A stretch of DNA of 64,000 nt from an uncultured Acidobacteriota bacterium (lineage in GTDB: Bacteria; Acidobacteriota; Thermoanaerobaculia; UBA5066; Gp7-AA6): NCBI GenBank assembly GCA_963742245.1, contig CAVULG010000006.1:36962-100961 (forward strand), written 5' to 3'. This document shows, one piece after another, positions 51,486 to 62,952 of this stretch; the first letter of the stretch is position 1; every line of letters begins with the position of its first letter. A program made the translations under genes and the position numbers. The notes below the pieces were generated by a model. The model saw only the letters and a program-made list of their open reading frames with translations. It did no database searches and had not been told where the DNA came from.

Positions 51486-51946
51486 TGCTTGACCTCGGGC
51501 GCCGCTCCGGGAGCCGCCGGGACCGTCATCGGCGCCGGCGGAAGCGGCCCGACGCCGCGTTCGACGACGAGCTCGATCGCGCGCTCGATCGGCACGTGGA
51601 CGGCGCCCGCCGAGCGATCCATCCAGCCGTAGCGCGACATCTGCGCGGACTCGGCGGAGCGGAACCGTGCCCAGCTCGCCACGGGATCGATCTGGAGGCG
51701 CGGGGCCGGGGGCGGTTCCTCCCGCGGCCTCTCGAGGCCGGCGGCCGCGATCTCGCGCCGATCCTTCGCGTCGGCGCGCTTCTGCAGGCCGCGGAAGATC
51801 AGCAGCACCGCGAGCGCGGAGAGCAGCAGCGACACGACGAGCATCAGTCCGAGGGCGACCGGGACCGAGGTCGGAATGCGGTCCGGCTCGGCCGCCACGC
51901 CGTGGGCGTTTCGTTCGGCGCCTTCCAGCGGCTTATTCGCGTCCAT
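51482..51946 (-). CDS. hypothetical single-pass membrane protein between ACIII and SCO/cox genes
   Basis: 154 aa with one TM helix ([24 protein letters not shown]). Overlaps both neighbours. No family recognised by eye. Confidence 0.5.
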   Translation of the reverse strand: MDANKPLEGAERNAHGVAAEPDRIPTSVPVALGLMLVVSLLLSALAVLLIFRGLQKRADAKDRREIAAAGLERPREEPPPAPRLQIDPVASWARFRSAESAQMSRYGWMDRSAGAVHVPIERAIELVVERGVGPLPPAPMTVPAAPGAAPEVKQ

Positions 51947-53134
51947 GCGCGACCGCCTCCTCGAATCCGGGATCGTGCGGGGGCAGGAGCGGCCGGCTGG
52001 CGAGATTGCGCGCGTAGAGCGCGAGCCACAGGCCGCCGAGGCCGATCGGCAGAGTCAGGTCGAGCCAGTGGATGTCGGAAGTTGCCGGGCGGAGAACGCC
52101 GGCAGCGACGAGCCACGCGACGTCGAGCAGGCGCATCGAAGATGAGCAGCAGCGGCAGCGCCGGCGAGCAGGCGCGGGTTCCGGTTCGCGTGCCGGGAAA
52201 GAGCAGCAGGAACGGCAGCATGAAGTGGAACAGCAGGATCGCGAGCCCGACCGCGCCCCATCCGCCGCGGAAGCGCGCGAGGTACCAGTGGATCTCCTCG
52301 GGAAGATTGCCGGACCAGATGATCAGGTACTGGGAGAAGTTGACGTAGGCCCAGATCATCACGAAGGCGAACATCATCTTGCCGAGGTCGTGCGAGATGC
52401 CGCGGCCCGAGGAACGGCGCATCGGCGCGCGCTGCGAAAGCCGAGGACGGCGAGCGACGCGAGCGCGAGCGCGCCGAGGGCCTGGCTGACCATGAAGATG
52501 ACGCCGTACATCGTCGAGTACCAGTGCGGCTCGAGCGACATGACCCAGTCGACCGAGGTCCACGTCACCGTCAGCGCGTAGAGCACAGGCCGCCGCCGGC
52601 GAGATCAGCTGGAGCTTCCGGTCGATTGCACGGTGCTCGTCGGCGGCGTCCTGCTGCGCGCGACCACCGGGCGAGGAAGCGCGCGAGGAGGATCCAGCCG
52701 GCAAACGCCGCGGCGGCGCGGAGGAAGAAGAACGGCTCGTTCAGGTACAACGCCTTCTTCTGGAGGAGCTCGTCCTTCGCGACGACGTCCTCGTGCGTCC
52801 ACTCGTAGACCTTGTGGATGCCGAGGGCGACCGGGAGGAAGAAGAGCGCGCAGAGCGGGAGCGTGCGCGCCGCGGCCTCGAGCTGACGGCGGATCGCGAT
52901 GCCCCAGGCGCCGCCCGTGAGGTACTGGAGCATCAGGATCGGCGAGCGAGCCGACCGCGAGGCCCGTCCAGAAGACGAACGCCGCCAGGTACGAGCGGTG
53001 GAACTGCTCGTGGTGGCGAACCCGCAGAACGGCCGAGACGGCCAGCGCGAGGACGCCCACGGCGAGCGCGCGCTTGGCGACGCGCGCCGGTCGTCCCGGA
53101 AGGCCGCGCGGTCGGAATGTCCGTCGACGTTCAT
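51933..53134 (-). pseudogene. actF: alternative complex III subunit ActF (NrfD-like membrane subunit); multiple frameshifts as assembled
   Basis: Pieces lie in three frames: MNVDGHSDRAAF..., LMLQYLTGGAWGIAIRRQLEAAARTLP..., [65 protein letters not shown], and ...[17 protein letters not shown]. Confidence 0.65.
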
Positions 53135-53830
53135 CAGTCTTGGTGCTCCGCGGGGGACTTCGACTTCGAGGCGGCGTCGACAGCTCTTTCTCGATCGCGA
53201 GCGCCTCCGCCAGTCGTCCGAGTCGATCCGGGCAGGGGCGCGGGCTTTCGGCGCGCGCCCGGGGCGCTCGAGGCGGGCCGCGTCCGCCTCCGGCGGGACG
53301 TCGCCGACCGTCGCGCGCTGCGAGAGCTGGAGGGCGCGCACGTACGCCGAGATCGCCCAGCGGTCCGCGGCCGGGATCTGCGCCTCGTAATCCATCATCG
53401 AGCCGAAACCGTTCGTCTGGACGTCGAAGAAGTAGCCCACCGGCGCCGCGCGCAGCCGGTCGATGTTGAAGGCCGGCGGCTGGCGGATAACCGCGCTGCA
53501 CGACGATGCCGAGGCCGTTGCCCGTCAGTCCGTGGCAGGGCGTGCAGAAGATGCCGTAGCGGTCGCGTCCGCGCTCGAGCAGCTCGCGGGTGAGAGGCAC
53601 GGGAGCGCCGCCACGGGCTGGCCGTTCTCCTTGCCCGTCAGGAACGGCGTATCGCCGTACGGGAGCTCGCGCGGCACGGTGCCGTCGACCTTGGGCCGCG
53701 CCGAGCGGTGGTCCGTCGAAGAACGCGGACCCGCGCAGGTCCTTGTACTTCGGCTGGTCCTGCATGTCCTGGCGGCACGGCCAGGGCGAACGCCGCGAGC
53801 GCGGCGGCTCCGAGCAGGCGAACGGCAGAC
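53131..53830 (-). pseudogene. actE: alternative complex III subunit ActE (monoheme cytochrome c lipoprotein); multiple frameshifts, start uncertain
   Basis: [71 protein letters not shown] (CxxCH), and GYFFDVQTNGFGSMMDYEAQIPAADRWAISAYVRALQLSQ are spread over the frames. Confidence 0.6.
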
Positions 53831-53834
53831 TTGG

Positions 53835-54396
53835 CTATTCTTCGACGTCCATCACGACGAGCGGACCGAGCCGGGAGAGAAACTCCCAGGTCGCGTCGTG
53901 CTCGAACTTCGGGATCCTTCGCCTCGATGCAGAGGAAGAAGCGGTCGCGCGAGGCGAGCGCGAAGCGCGGCGCGTTGAAGACGGGGTGGTACGGCATGGG
54001 CAGGCCGTTCAGGGCCAGCATGCCGAGGACCGCGGCGAAGGCCGCGAAGAGGATCGTGGTCTCGAAGGCGGGCACGATGAAGGCCGGGACGCTGTGGAAG
54101 GGCTTGCCGCCGACGTTCAACGGATACGCGATGACGGAGGTCCAGTAGCAGAGCGCGTAGCCGAGCAGGCCGCCGACGATCCCGCCGGCGAGCACGAGCG
54201 CCGGGAGCTTGCGGTCGTGGATGTCGAGCGCCTCCGACAGCGCCTCGATCGGGTACGGCGAGTAGGCGTCGAGCTTCGTGAACCCGGCTTCGCGGGCCTG
54301 GCGCGCCGCGTCGACGAGCGCGGCGGGATTGTCGAACTCGGCCATGAGACCGTACAGGGGGCTCGCGCCCGCGCCCTGCGGCACCGGGGCCGTCAC
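53835..54396 (-). pseudogene. actD: alternative complex III subunit ActD (DUF3341 membrane protein); one frameshift near 53912
   Basis: [38 protein letters not shown]... has two TM helices. The tail [24 protein letters not shown] is in another frame. The GTG start overlaps the ActC stop. Confidence 0.7.
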
Positions 54397-55841
54397 GCCT
54401 TCGCCTCGCTCGCGTGTCCGCTCTCGCCCTTGTGCTCGTCTTCGTCCACCTTCGCCTCCGGCAGGATCGCCCGCATCTCGAAGATCGAGATCATCGGGAG
54501 GATCCGGATGAAGAGGAAGAGCAGGGCGATGAAGAGGCCGATCGAACCGATGAACATGGACCAGTCGAACACCGTCCCCTTGTACTGGCCCCAGGAGGAC
54601 GGCAGGAAGTCGCGCGAGAGGCTGACGACGATGATCACGTAGCGCTCGAGCCACATGCCGACGTTCACGATCATTGCCATGATGAAGAGCACCGGGATGT
54701 TGTGGCGCACGTTTCCGGAACCACATGAGCTGCGGCGCGAGCACGTTGCAGAAGATGAGGGCCCAGTACATGTGCTTGTACGGCCCGTGCATCCGGTTCC
54801 AGATCATGAAGCGCTCGTAGACGTTGCCGCTGTAGAACGCCATGAACGCCTCGACGGCGTATCCGTACGCGACGATGAGGCTCGTCGCGAGCAGGATCTT
54901 CGCCATGTTGTCGAGGTGCTTCATCGTGATGAAGTCCTGGAGGCCGTAGACCTTCCGGAGCGGAATCGCCAGCGTCAGCACCATCGCGAAGCCCGCGTAG
55001 ATCGCGCCGGCGACGAAGTACGGCGGGAAGATCGTCGCGTGCCAGCCGGGGACGATGCCCGCCGCGAAGTCGAACGAAACGACCGTGTGGACGGAAATGA
55101 CGAGGGGGGTCGCGAGACCGGCGAGGAGCAGCGATGCGGTCTCGTAGCGCTGCCAGTGCCGCGCCGAGCCGCGCCAGCCCATCGCGAGCGAGCCGTAGAG
55201 GATCTTCGCCCACAGTTTCTTCGCGCGGTCCCGGAGCGTCGCGAGGTCCGGGATCATGCCGACGTACCAGAAGAGCAGCGACACGGTCGCGTACGTCGAG
55301 ACGGCGAAGACGTCCCAGATCAGCGGGCTGCGGAAGTTCGGCCACATCCCCATCGTGTTCGGATAGGGGATGAGCCAGTAGTCGAGCCACGGCCGGCCCG
55401 TGTGGAGGAGCGGATAGAGGCCCGCGCACGAGACGGCGAAGATCGTCATCGCCTCGGCGAACCGGTTGATCGAGTTGCGCCACGGCTGGCGCAGGAGCAG
55501 CAGGATCGCCGAGATGAGCGTGCCGGCGTGGCCGATGCCGATCCACCACACGAAGTTCAGGATGTCGAAGCCCCAGCCCACGGGCACGTTGACGCCGAAG
55601 ATGCCGACGCCCCGGAAGACGAGCCAGGTGATGGTCGCGAGCAGCATCATCGTCAGCGACGAAGCCGACGGCGGCGCCGAAGAACCAGACGATCGGCGTG
55701 CGGCGCGAGAGCGCGATCGAGGCCAGCTTGTCGGTGAGCGTGGTGAAGGAGTAGCCCGGCGCGAGGATCGCGCCCGAGGGCGTCGCGCTTCTCGCCGGTC
55801 CGCGGCGGCGGAGTCGTTCCGGGCAGCTGAGGCGTGCTCAT
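54393..55841 (-). pseudogene. actC: alternative complex III subunit ActC (NrfD/PsrC-like quinol-interacting membrane subunit); at least 3 frameshifts
   Basis: The core is intact in ORF 53638..55878 ([18 protein letters not shown]...[11 protein letters not shown]...). The N-terminus MSTPQLPG and the C-terminus [28 protein letters not shown] are in other frames. Confidence 0.7.
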
Positions 55842-58800
55842 GCGCCGTGCTTCTCCGGCTCCTTCGCGGGAGCGGCAACCTCGAGCGCCGGGTTCGGGTT
55901 CGACAGCGACGCCAGGTAGCTCGTTCGCGGGCGCGTCCCGAGCTCGACGAGCAGGCCGTAGTCGCGCTTCTCGGCCTTGGCCTTCGACACGGCGCTCAGC
56001 GGATCGTCGACGTTGCCGAACGTGATCGCCCGCGCCGGGCACGCCTGCTGGCAGGCCGTCACGATCTCGCCGTCCTTGATCGGCCGGTTCTCCTTCTCCG
56101 CCGTGTAGCGCGCGCGGTTGATGCGCTGCACGCAGTACGAGCACTTCTCCATGACCCCGCGGCTGCGCACCGTGACCTCGGGGTTGTTGACCATCTTGTG
56201 GATCTCGGTCGTGAAGTCCGCGTAGAGGAAGAAGTTGAAACGCCGCACCTTGTACGGGCAGTTGTTCGAGCAGTACCGCGTGCCGACGCAGCGGTTGTAG
56301 ACCATCTGGTTCAGGCCTTCGGCCGAGTGGACCGTGGCGTTGACGGGACAGACGACCTCGCACGGCGCGTTCTCGCAGTGCATGCACGTGACCGGCTGGT
56401 GGAAGGTCTCCGGCGCGTCGAGACTTCCCTTGTAGTAGCGGTCGATGCGGATCCACTGCATCGCGCGGCCGCGCTGGACCTGCTCCTTGCCGACGACCGG
56501 GATGTTGTTCTCCGACTGGCACGCGATGACGCAGGCGTTGCAGCCCACGCAGGTCGACAGGTCGATCGCCATGCCCCACGCGTAGCTGCCGCGCGGAAGC
56601 TGCGGGTACATCGTGTCGTGCGGCCCGGGGGGAGGCTCGCCCATGTGCGCGACGACGCCGGGGTTCTCGCGATACGCCGCGGCGGTGACCGCGCGGACCG
56701 GATCGCGGCCCTCCATGGAGTGCTGGTGCTGCGTCGTCGCGAGCGCGAAGCGCTTCAGGGTCTTCGCCACCTCGAGCCCCGGCCGCCCCACGGCGCCTCG
56801 GAAACGCGCAGCGCGTACGCGTCGAAGCCGAGCGCCGTCGGCGACGCGCCCGCCGCGGGCGCGGCCGTAGCCGAAATTGACCGTGACGCAGCCCTCCGCC
56901 TGGCCCGGCATGACCCAGACGGGCGCCGCGACCTTGCGGCCCTTCGAGTTGAGCTCGACGACGTCCTCGGTCGTCACGCCGAGCTTCTGGGCGGTCGCGG
57001 GAGCGATCAGCGCGGCGTTGTCCCAGGTCAGCTTCGTCAGCGGCTTCGCGAGCTCCTGCAGCCAGCCGTTGTTGGCGTACGAGCCGTCCCAGATCGTCGG
57101 GTCGGGACGGAACAGGAGTCGTCAGGCCCGCCTCGGCGACTGCGAGCGCCGGCCGCATCGGCCTCCGCGGGGAGACCGCGCGCGGTCACCGGCCGCGCGG
57201 GGAAGGCGCTGCCCTCGACGAGGCCGTCGTGGAGGCGCCTTCTGCCAGGCGGCTTCGAAGTGCGCCAGGTAACTTGCCGCGCCAGTACTCGCGGACGATG
57301 TCGTGCGAGGTCTTCTCCGGCTCCGCGGAGAACGCGGCGAGCAGCTCGTGGCACGTCTTGCCCGAGAAGAGCGGCGCGATCAGGGGCTGGAAGATCGTGA
57401 CGGTGCCGTCCTCGGAGCGGGCGTCGCTCCAGCTCTCCAGCGGATGCGCCTCGGCGATGTGCCAGTGGGAGAGGCGCGAGGTCTCGTCGTTGTAGAGGCC
57501 CAGCCGGATGCGCAGCGGCACGTTGCCCAGCGTCCGGCCGAAGTCGAGATCCGCCGGCGCGGTGAAGACGGGATTGCCGCCGACGATCACGAGCGTCTCG
57601 ACGCGGCCTCCGACCATCTCCCGGGTGAGCTCGGCGAGCGCGGCGGTCTGGGCCGCCGGAGCGCCGGCGGCCGGCGCGACGTACTGGACGGTTCCCGACG
57701 CGCCGATGTTGCCGAGGGCCGCGTTCATCGCATGGGCGAGCGCGTGCACGGAGGCCGGCTGGGTCTCGCCGGCGACGACGAGACTCTTGACCGCGGTGCG
57801 CCCGCAGCTCCGCCGCGACGGCCGTCGCGAACGGCTCGGGCGCCCTGCCCGTCAGGCCGTCCGCGAGCCCGGCCGGCCGAGGCCGACCTCTTCGGCGACC
57901 GCGGCGGCGAAGGCGGCGATCGCGGAGGGCGACATAGGCCGGCGGTGATCGGCGCGCGCGCCCGTCAGGGTCGGCGTCGACTCGACGACGTAGAGGCGGT
58001 TCATCGTGTCGGCCGCGGCGGCGCGAGATGAAGTCGCGGACGTGGCGCGGCATCGAGGGGCCGCTGCCGAGGAAGTCCGCCTCGAGCGAGAGGACGACGT
58101 CGGCGTTGGCGAAGGCGTAGACCGGCTCGCAGCTCCTCGCCGAACGCGAGGCTTCGTTCCCGCGAAGACGTTCTCGCGGCCCGCCGGCTCCCACGCGACC
58201 CACTTCGCCTCCGGGTACGCGGCGCGGACGGCGTCGATCTGGGCTGCGAGCGTGGGCGACGTGACGGTCGTCGTCAGGAAGCGCAGGCCCGCGCCCTTGC
58301 GCGGCTGCTCCTCTCGAGCGCCAGCTTCACCGCGGCGTAGCAGGGCGCTCCACGGCCGGATCGTGCCGCGCTCGGTCAGCGCCTGCGACCGGTCGGGGTC
58401 GTAGAGATTGAGGATGTGCGCCTGCGCGAAGACGTCCGTGCCGCCGAGGCTCGCGGGGTGGAGCTCGTTGCCCTCGATCTTGACGGGGCGGCCCTCGTAG
58501 CTCTTGGCCAGGATGCCGCGCGCGTAGCCGCCGTGCAGGTGGGCCGTCGCGTAGAACAGGGCCTCGCCCGGGACGATGTCCTCGGGCGGCGTGACGTAGG
58601 GGTAGATGCGCTCGGTCGGCTGGCGCGTGCAGCCCGTCAGGCCCGCGAGCGCGATCGACGCGCCCATGAGGGAGAGGAGCTCCCGGCGGTCCACGCCCGT
58701 GTCGATCGGGACGCGGAACTCGCGGTGGAGGTGCTCCTTGAAGTCGTCCGTGTCGAGCAGCTCCTCGAGCGAGCGCCAGTACTCGCGGCCCTGGAGCTCG

Positions 58801-58850
58801 CCCAGGCGCGTCCGCGCCGCGGCGATGTCGAGTGTTCTCGCGTCGCTCAT
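55838..58850 (-). pseudogene. actB: alternative complex III subunit ActB (Tat-signal molybdopterin-oxidoreductase-like + 4Fe-4S ferredoxin domains); at least 8 frameshifts
   Basis: Tat signal [22 protein letters not shown]. MopB-like pieces lie in all three frames. The C-terminal FeS domain is intact (CVGCNACVIACQSENN, CMHCENAPCEVVCP, CVGTRYCSNNCPYKVRRFN, CSYC...CQQACP). Confidence 0.7.
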
Positions 58851-59510
58851 CGGTGGCACGTCGTGCAGTCCGTCAGCTCGATCGCCGGACGGATGCTGGT
58901 ATTGCGCCATGAGCAGCCTTCCCGAGCTCGTCCTGGCTCGTCGCCGGCACGTAGCCCATCGTGAAAATCGCGTCCTGCGGCCGCAGGTGCTGCTGCGGGC
59001 GTCGCGGTGGCAGTCGAGGCACCACGCCATCTGGAGGGTCGGGTGCTGCGCGACGAGCGGCATCTTGTCCACGCGGCCGTGGCAGGTCTCGCAGCCGACG
59101 CCCTTGGCCACGTGGATCGAGTGATTGAAGTAGACGTAGTCCGGCAGGTCGTAGACCTTCACCCACGGGATCGACTCGTTCGTCTGCCAGCTCTCCCGCA
59201 CGGGCTCGAGCTCCGGCGACTGCGCCCAGATCTGGGAGTGGCAGTTCATGCAGGTCTTCGTGGGCGGGATGTTGGCGAAGGCCGCGCGCTCGACGGTCGT
59301 GTGGCAGTAGCGGCAGTCGATGCCCATGGCCCCGGCGTGGTGCTGGTGGGAGAACTGGACCGGCTGGACGCGCGCGACGCCCTGCTGCGTCGTGTACGGG
59401 GAGCGGTTGAGGGCGTCGAAGAGCCAGAGGAGGAGAGCGAGAAAGAAGACGGCCCCGAAAACGGACACACGGGAAACCGTGTTCGTGCTGCGGTGGAATA
59501 TCTGGGCCAT
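58847..59510 (-). pseudogene. actA: alternative complex III subunit ActA (pentaheme cytochrome c); at least 2 frameshifts near the 3' end
   Basis: CRYCH, CMNCH, CETCH and CLDCH are in the first frame. The last heme site, [11 protein letters not shown], is in another frame ending at the TGA overlapping the actB ATG. Confidence 0.7.
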
Positions 59511-59574
59511 GCGAGCTGGCGCCGAGCATATTGCAAAGAAGTTGAAGGCTGGAAGGAGGAGCCAAGATAAGGCT

Positions 59575-59580
59575 TAGAAT
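59575..59580 (+). promoter_or_regulatory. -10 box TAGAAT upstream of GWxTD-type paralog 1
   Basis: 17 nt before the ATG at 59598, in the divergent region shared with actA. Confidence 0.5.
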
Positions 59581-59597
59581 CCGCCAAGAGGTTCCCG

Positions 59598-60713
59598 ATG
59601 AGACGACTCGGTGCGTTCGCCGCCGTTTCGCTCCTTGTAGGCGTCGGTGTCGGTGTCGGTGCCGCCGCGTCCCCCGCTTGCGCCCAGACCCTCCCGGATC
59701 TCTTCCAGAAAGCCAAGGCGCAGGTCCGCGGGCAGTCCTGGACGCAGGCGCTGAAGACCCTTGCGACTCTCGAAGCCGAGGCGGACAAGCCCGGCCACGA
59801 AAGCGCCCGCGAGCAGCTTGCGGCGCCGATGGCGTTCTACCGCGCGGTTTGCGACTCGAACCTCGGCAACGCCGACGCGGCCCGGCGGGACTTCGCGGTG
59901 TACCTCGCGGAGTACCCGACCGCCTCGATGGACCCGTCGATGTACTCGAAGAAGGCGATCGCGGCATTTGAGGCTGCGCGACGCGATGGCGCGACGAGCG
60001 TTGCGCCGGGCGAGGACGGCCCCTCCGTCTTCCTCGCGTTCCAGGAATTCAGGATGCGGCCCAATTCGAGCGAGCCGGTCGACGCGGACTGGGCCCACGG
60101 GCCCGTGAAATGGATCATGACGGTCGAAGAGCGGCGCCGCTGGGAGGACCTCACGCCAGGCGGGGAGTGGGCGGAGTTCGTGGACCGCTTCTGGGAGGCC
60201 CGCAATCCGAATCCCGGCAACCCGGACAACGTCGCCCGCACCACCTTCGAGCGCCGCGTCGCCTTCGCCGACACGCATTTCGTCGAGGCCGAGAGGATCC
60301 GCGGCAGCCTGACCGAGCGCGGGATGGTCTTCGTGCTCCTCGGGCCGCCGACCTACGTCGGCAGGAAGCCGATCCGGTCCGGCGAGGACGTGAACGAGGC
60401 GGCCGGCATGTCGACCGTGAGCACGCGCGGCGAGAACGTCGCGCAGCGTGCCCTGGCGGCGGCCGGCGAGCCGGCGGGCTCGACCGGGGCCTCGGCCGCG
60501 GACGCCGTTTTCGGTCCGGGCGCCCGGGTCCTGGACACGAGCCCCAGCTGGCGCGAGGTCTGGCACTACCGCCGGGAGCTTCTGCCGAAGGCGCTGCGGT
60601 ACCACCAGGTCGACCTCGAGTTCATCACCCGCCGGGGGGCCGGGAGCGCCGTCCTCCAGCGCGACCCGCCCGCCCTCGCGACCCTCGACGCGGCCCGCGC
60701 CCGCGCGCGCTAG
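59598..60713 (+). CDS. secreted GWxTD-type domain protein, paralog 1
   Basis: 371 aa. Signal peptide, TPR-like N-terminal region, and FWEARNPNPGNPDN...FERRVAFADTHF...GSLTERGMVFVLLGPP core. Confidence 0.7.
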   Translation: MRRLGAFAAVSLLVGVGVGVGAAASPACAQTLPDLFQKAKAQVRGQSWTQALKTLATLEAEADKPGHESAREQLAAPMAFYRAVCDSNLGNADAARRDFAVYLAEYPTASMDPSMYSKKAIAAFEAARRDGATSVAPGEDGPSVFLAFQEFRMRPNSSEPVDADWAHGPVKWIMTVEERRRWEDLTPGGEWAEFVDRFWEARNPNPGNPDNVARTTFERRVAFADTHFVEAERIRGSLTERGMVFVLLGPPTYVGRKPIRSGEDVNEAAGMSTVSTRGENVAQRALAAAGEPAGSTGASAADAVFGPGARVLDTSPSWREVWHYRRELLPKALRYHQVDLEFITRRGAGSAVLQRDPPALATLDAARARAR

Positions 60714-60716
60714 AAT
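60711..60716 (+). promoter_or_regulatory. -10 box TAGAAT upstream of paralog 2 (shares the TAG stop of paralog 1)
   Basis: 17 nt before the ATG at 60734. Confidence 0.5.
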
Positions 60717-60733
60717 CCCGCCCGGGGGCGCTC

Positions 60734-61768
60734 ATGCGTCGACTCGCCGCGTTTCTGGCCGGTTCTCTCCTTCTCGCCGCAGCCTCCGCGGGCGCGCAGG
60801 CCCAGACCCTCCCGGAGCTCTTTCAGCAGGCCAAGGCCCAGGTGAAAAGCGAGTCCTGGAAGGAGGCCCTGAAGACGCTCGACGCCCTCGAGGCCGAGGC
60901 GAACCGTCCCGGCAACGACGAGGCGAAGAAGCAGCTCGCCGCGCCGATGGCCTTCTACCGCGGCGTCTGCGAAGCCAACCTCGACATGGCCGAGAAGGCG
61001 CAGGCCGACTTCGCGACTTTCCAGACGGAGAAGCCGGGCTCGACGATCGACACGGCGATGTACTCGAAGAAGGCGGTCCTGGCTTTCGAGGCCGCCGCGC
61101 GCAGGGGAGCGGCGCCGGCCGGCTCGCTCTCGCTCTTCCAGAGGTTCGAGCAGTTCCCGTCCCCGCCCGACATGGGCGAGAAGCCCGACGAGCGGTGGGC
61201 CGACGGACCGGTGAAGTGGATCCTGACGGGCGAGGAAAAGGGGGCCTGGGGCGGGCTGGCGGGCGCAGGCGAGCGCGCCGAGTTCGTCGAGCAGTTCTGG
61301 GAGCGGCGCAACCCGAAGCCGGGATCCGACGACAACACCGCGCGCACCGGCTTCGATCGGCGGGTCGCCTTCGCGGACGCCTATTTCGTCCTCGACGAGA
61401 AGCAGCGCGGCAGCCTGACGGACACGGGGATGGTGTTCATCCTGCTCGGACCGCCGAGCTGGACCGGCCGCAAGCCGATCCTGGCGGGCGAGGACCGCTC
61501 CGTCTCGGACGGCATGTCCCTCGACGAGCAATGGTTCATGGCCTCTCGGAATTCGGTTCACATCGATGGCGCTCAGGCCCCGGAAGCGTCCGGCGCCTTT
61601 CGCGAGGTCTGGCGCTACCGGCGGGAAGCCCTGCCGAAAGGAGTCTCTGCGAACCAGGTGAACGTCGTTTTCGTCACCAAGAAGGGTTACGGGCGATCGG
61701 TCCTCATGCGCGATCCCGCGACCGTCGCCGCGCTCGATGCGGCACGCGCAGGAAGAACCAAGAATTGA
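60734..61768 (+). CDS. secreted GWxTD-type domain protein, paralog 2
   Basis: 344 aa. MRRLAAFLAGSLLLAAASAGAQA signal peptide. FWERRNPKPGSDDN...RRVAFADAYF...GSLTDTGMVFILLGPP core. Confidence 0.7.
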   Translation: MRRLAAFLAGSLLLAAASAGAQAQTLPELFQQAKAQVKSESWKEALKTLDALEAEANRPGNDEAKKQLAAPMAFYRGVCEANLDMAEKAQADFATFQTEKPGSTIDTAMYSKKAVLAFEAAARRGAAPAGSLSLFQRFEQFPSPPDMGEKPDERWADGPVKWILTGEEKGAWGGLAGAGERAEFVEQFWERRNPKPGSDDNTARTGFDRRVAFADAYFVLDEKQRGSLTDTGMVFILLGPPSWTGRKPILAGEDRSVSDGMSLDEQWFMASRNSVHIDGAQAPEASGAFREVWRYRREALPKGVSANQVNVVFVTKKGYGRSVLMRDPATVAALDAARAGRTKN

Positions 61769-61784
61769 CCGAGTCGGCCGCGAC

Positions 61785-61790
61785 TAGAAT
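61785..61790 (+). promoter_or_regulatory. -10 box TAGAAT upstream of paralog 3
   Basis: 19 nt before the GTG at 61810. Confidence 0.45.
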
Positions 61791-61809
61791 CACCGCCGGA
61801 GGGCGTGGC

Positions 61810-62901
61810 GTGCAACGACCCGGTATCAGTCTCGCCGTTCTTCTCGTTTCGGCGAGCCTCGCCGCGCAGTCCCTCCCGGAGCTCTTCCACAAGGCCAAGG
61901 CCCAGGTGAAGGGCGAGTCCTGGGCGGCAGCGTTGAAGACCCTCGACGCGCTCGAAGCCGAGGCGAACCGTCCCGGCAACGACGACGAAAGGCAGCAGCT
62001 CGCCGCGCCGCTCGCGTTCTACCGCGGCGTCTGCGACGCGAACCTCGGCAACGCGGAAAGGGCCCAGGCAGACTTCGAGACCTTCCTCGCGCTCAAGCCC
62101 TCCGCCACGATGGACCCGTCGATGTACTCGAAGAAAGCCCTCGCGGCGTTCGAAGCCGCGCGCAAGACCGCCGCGCCGGATGTTCCGGCCGAAGACCGGG
62201 AAGACCGGCACCCGATGTTCCAGGTCTTCCAGGAATTCAAGCTCCCGGCGAACTCGACCGAGCAGATCAACGCGGTCTGGGCGGACGGACCGGTGCAATG
62301 GATCATGACGCCGGAAGAGCGGCGCGGCTGGGACGAGCTCGCCGCCGGCTCCGAGTGGCAGGACTTCGTCGATCGCTTCTGGGAGGCGCGCAACCCGCGC
62401 CCGGGAAATCCCGACAACGTCTTCAAGACGACCTTCGAGCGCCGCGTCGCGTTCGCCGACGCGCACTTCGTCCAGGTCGAGGGAAGGCGCGGCAGCCTGA
62501 CGGATCGCGGGATGGTCTTCGTGCTTCTGGGGCCGCCGTCCTACATCGGCCGCCGGCCCATCCGGGCGGGCGAGGACTCGACGACCGAAGGCGGCCTGTC
62601 GGCCGTCGGTTCGCGGGCCTCGATTTACGCGCAGCGCATGATGACCTCCGCCGGGGAGCCCTCCGGCTCTTCGAGCACCGCGGCCACCGACGCGGTCTTC
62701 GGCCCGGGCTGGAAGGCCGCGGACTCGAGCTCCGACTGGCGCGAGATCTGGCACTACCCGAGCGAGGTCCTGCCCAGGGGGGTCTCGTACCAGAAGCTCG
62801 ACGTCGACTTCGTGACGAAGAAGGGCTACGGCAAGTACGTCATCCAGCGAGATCACAAGACCGTCGCCGCCCTCGAAGCCGCCCGGGCTCGCGCCAACTA
62901 G
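61810..62901 (+). CDS. secreted GWxTD-type domain protein, paralog 3
   Basis: 363 aa from the in-frame GTG. FWEARNPRPGNPDN...GSLTDRGMVFVLLGPP core. Confidence 0.65.
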   Translation: MQRPGISLAVLLVSASLAAQSLPELFHKAKAQVKGESWAAALKTLDALEAEANRPGNDDERQQLAAPLAFYRGVCDANLGNAERAQADFETFLALKPSATMDPSMYSKKALAAFEAARKTAAPDVPAEDREDRHPMFQVFQEFKLPANSTEQINAVWADGPVQWIMTPEERRGWDELAAGSEWQDFVDRFWEARNPRPGNPDNVFKTTFERRVAFADAHFVQVEGRRGSLTDRGMVFVLLGPPSYIGRRPIRAGEDSTTEGGLSAVGSRASIYAQRMMTSAGEPSGSSSTAATDAVFGPGWKAADSSSDWREIWHYPSEVLPRGVSYQKLDVDFVTKKGYGKYVIQRDHKTVAALEAARARAN

Positions 62902-62928
62902 CCCCGTCGCCCGCGGGCCGATCAGTCA

Positions 62929-62934
62929 TAGAAT
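62929..62934 (+). promoter_or_regulatory. -10 box TAGAAT upstream of paralog 4
   Basis: 18 nt before the ATG at 62953. Confidence 0.5.
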
Positions 62935-62952
62935 CGCGTTCGGAGGCCCGCC

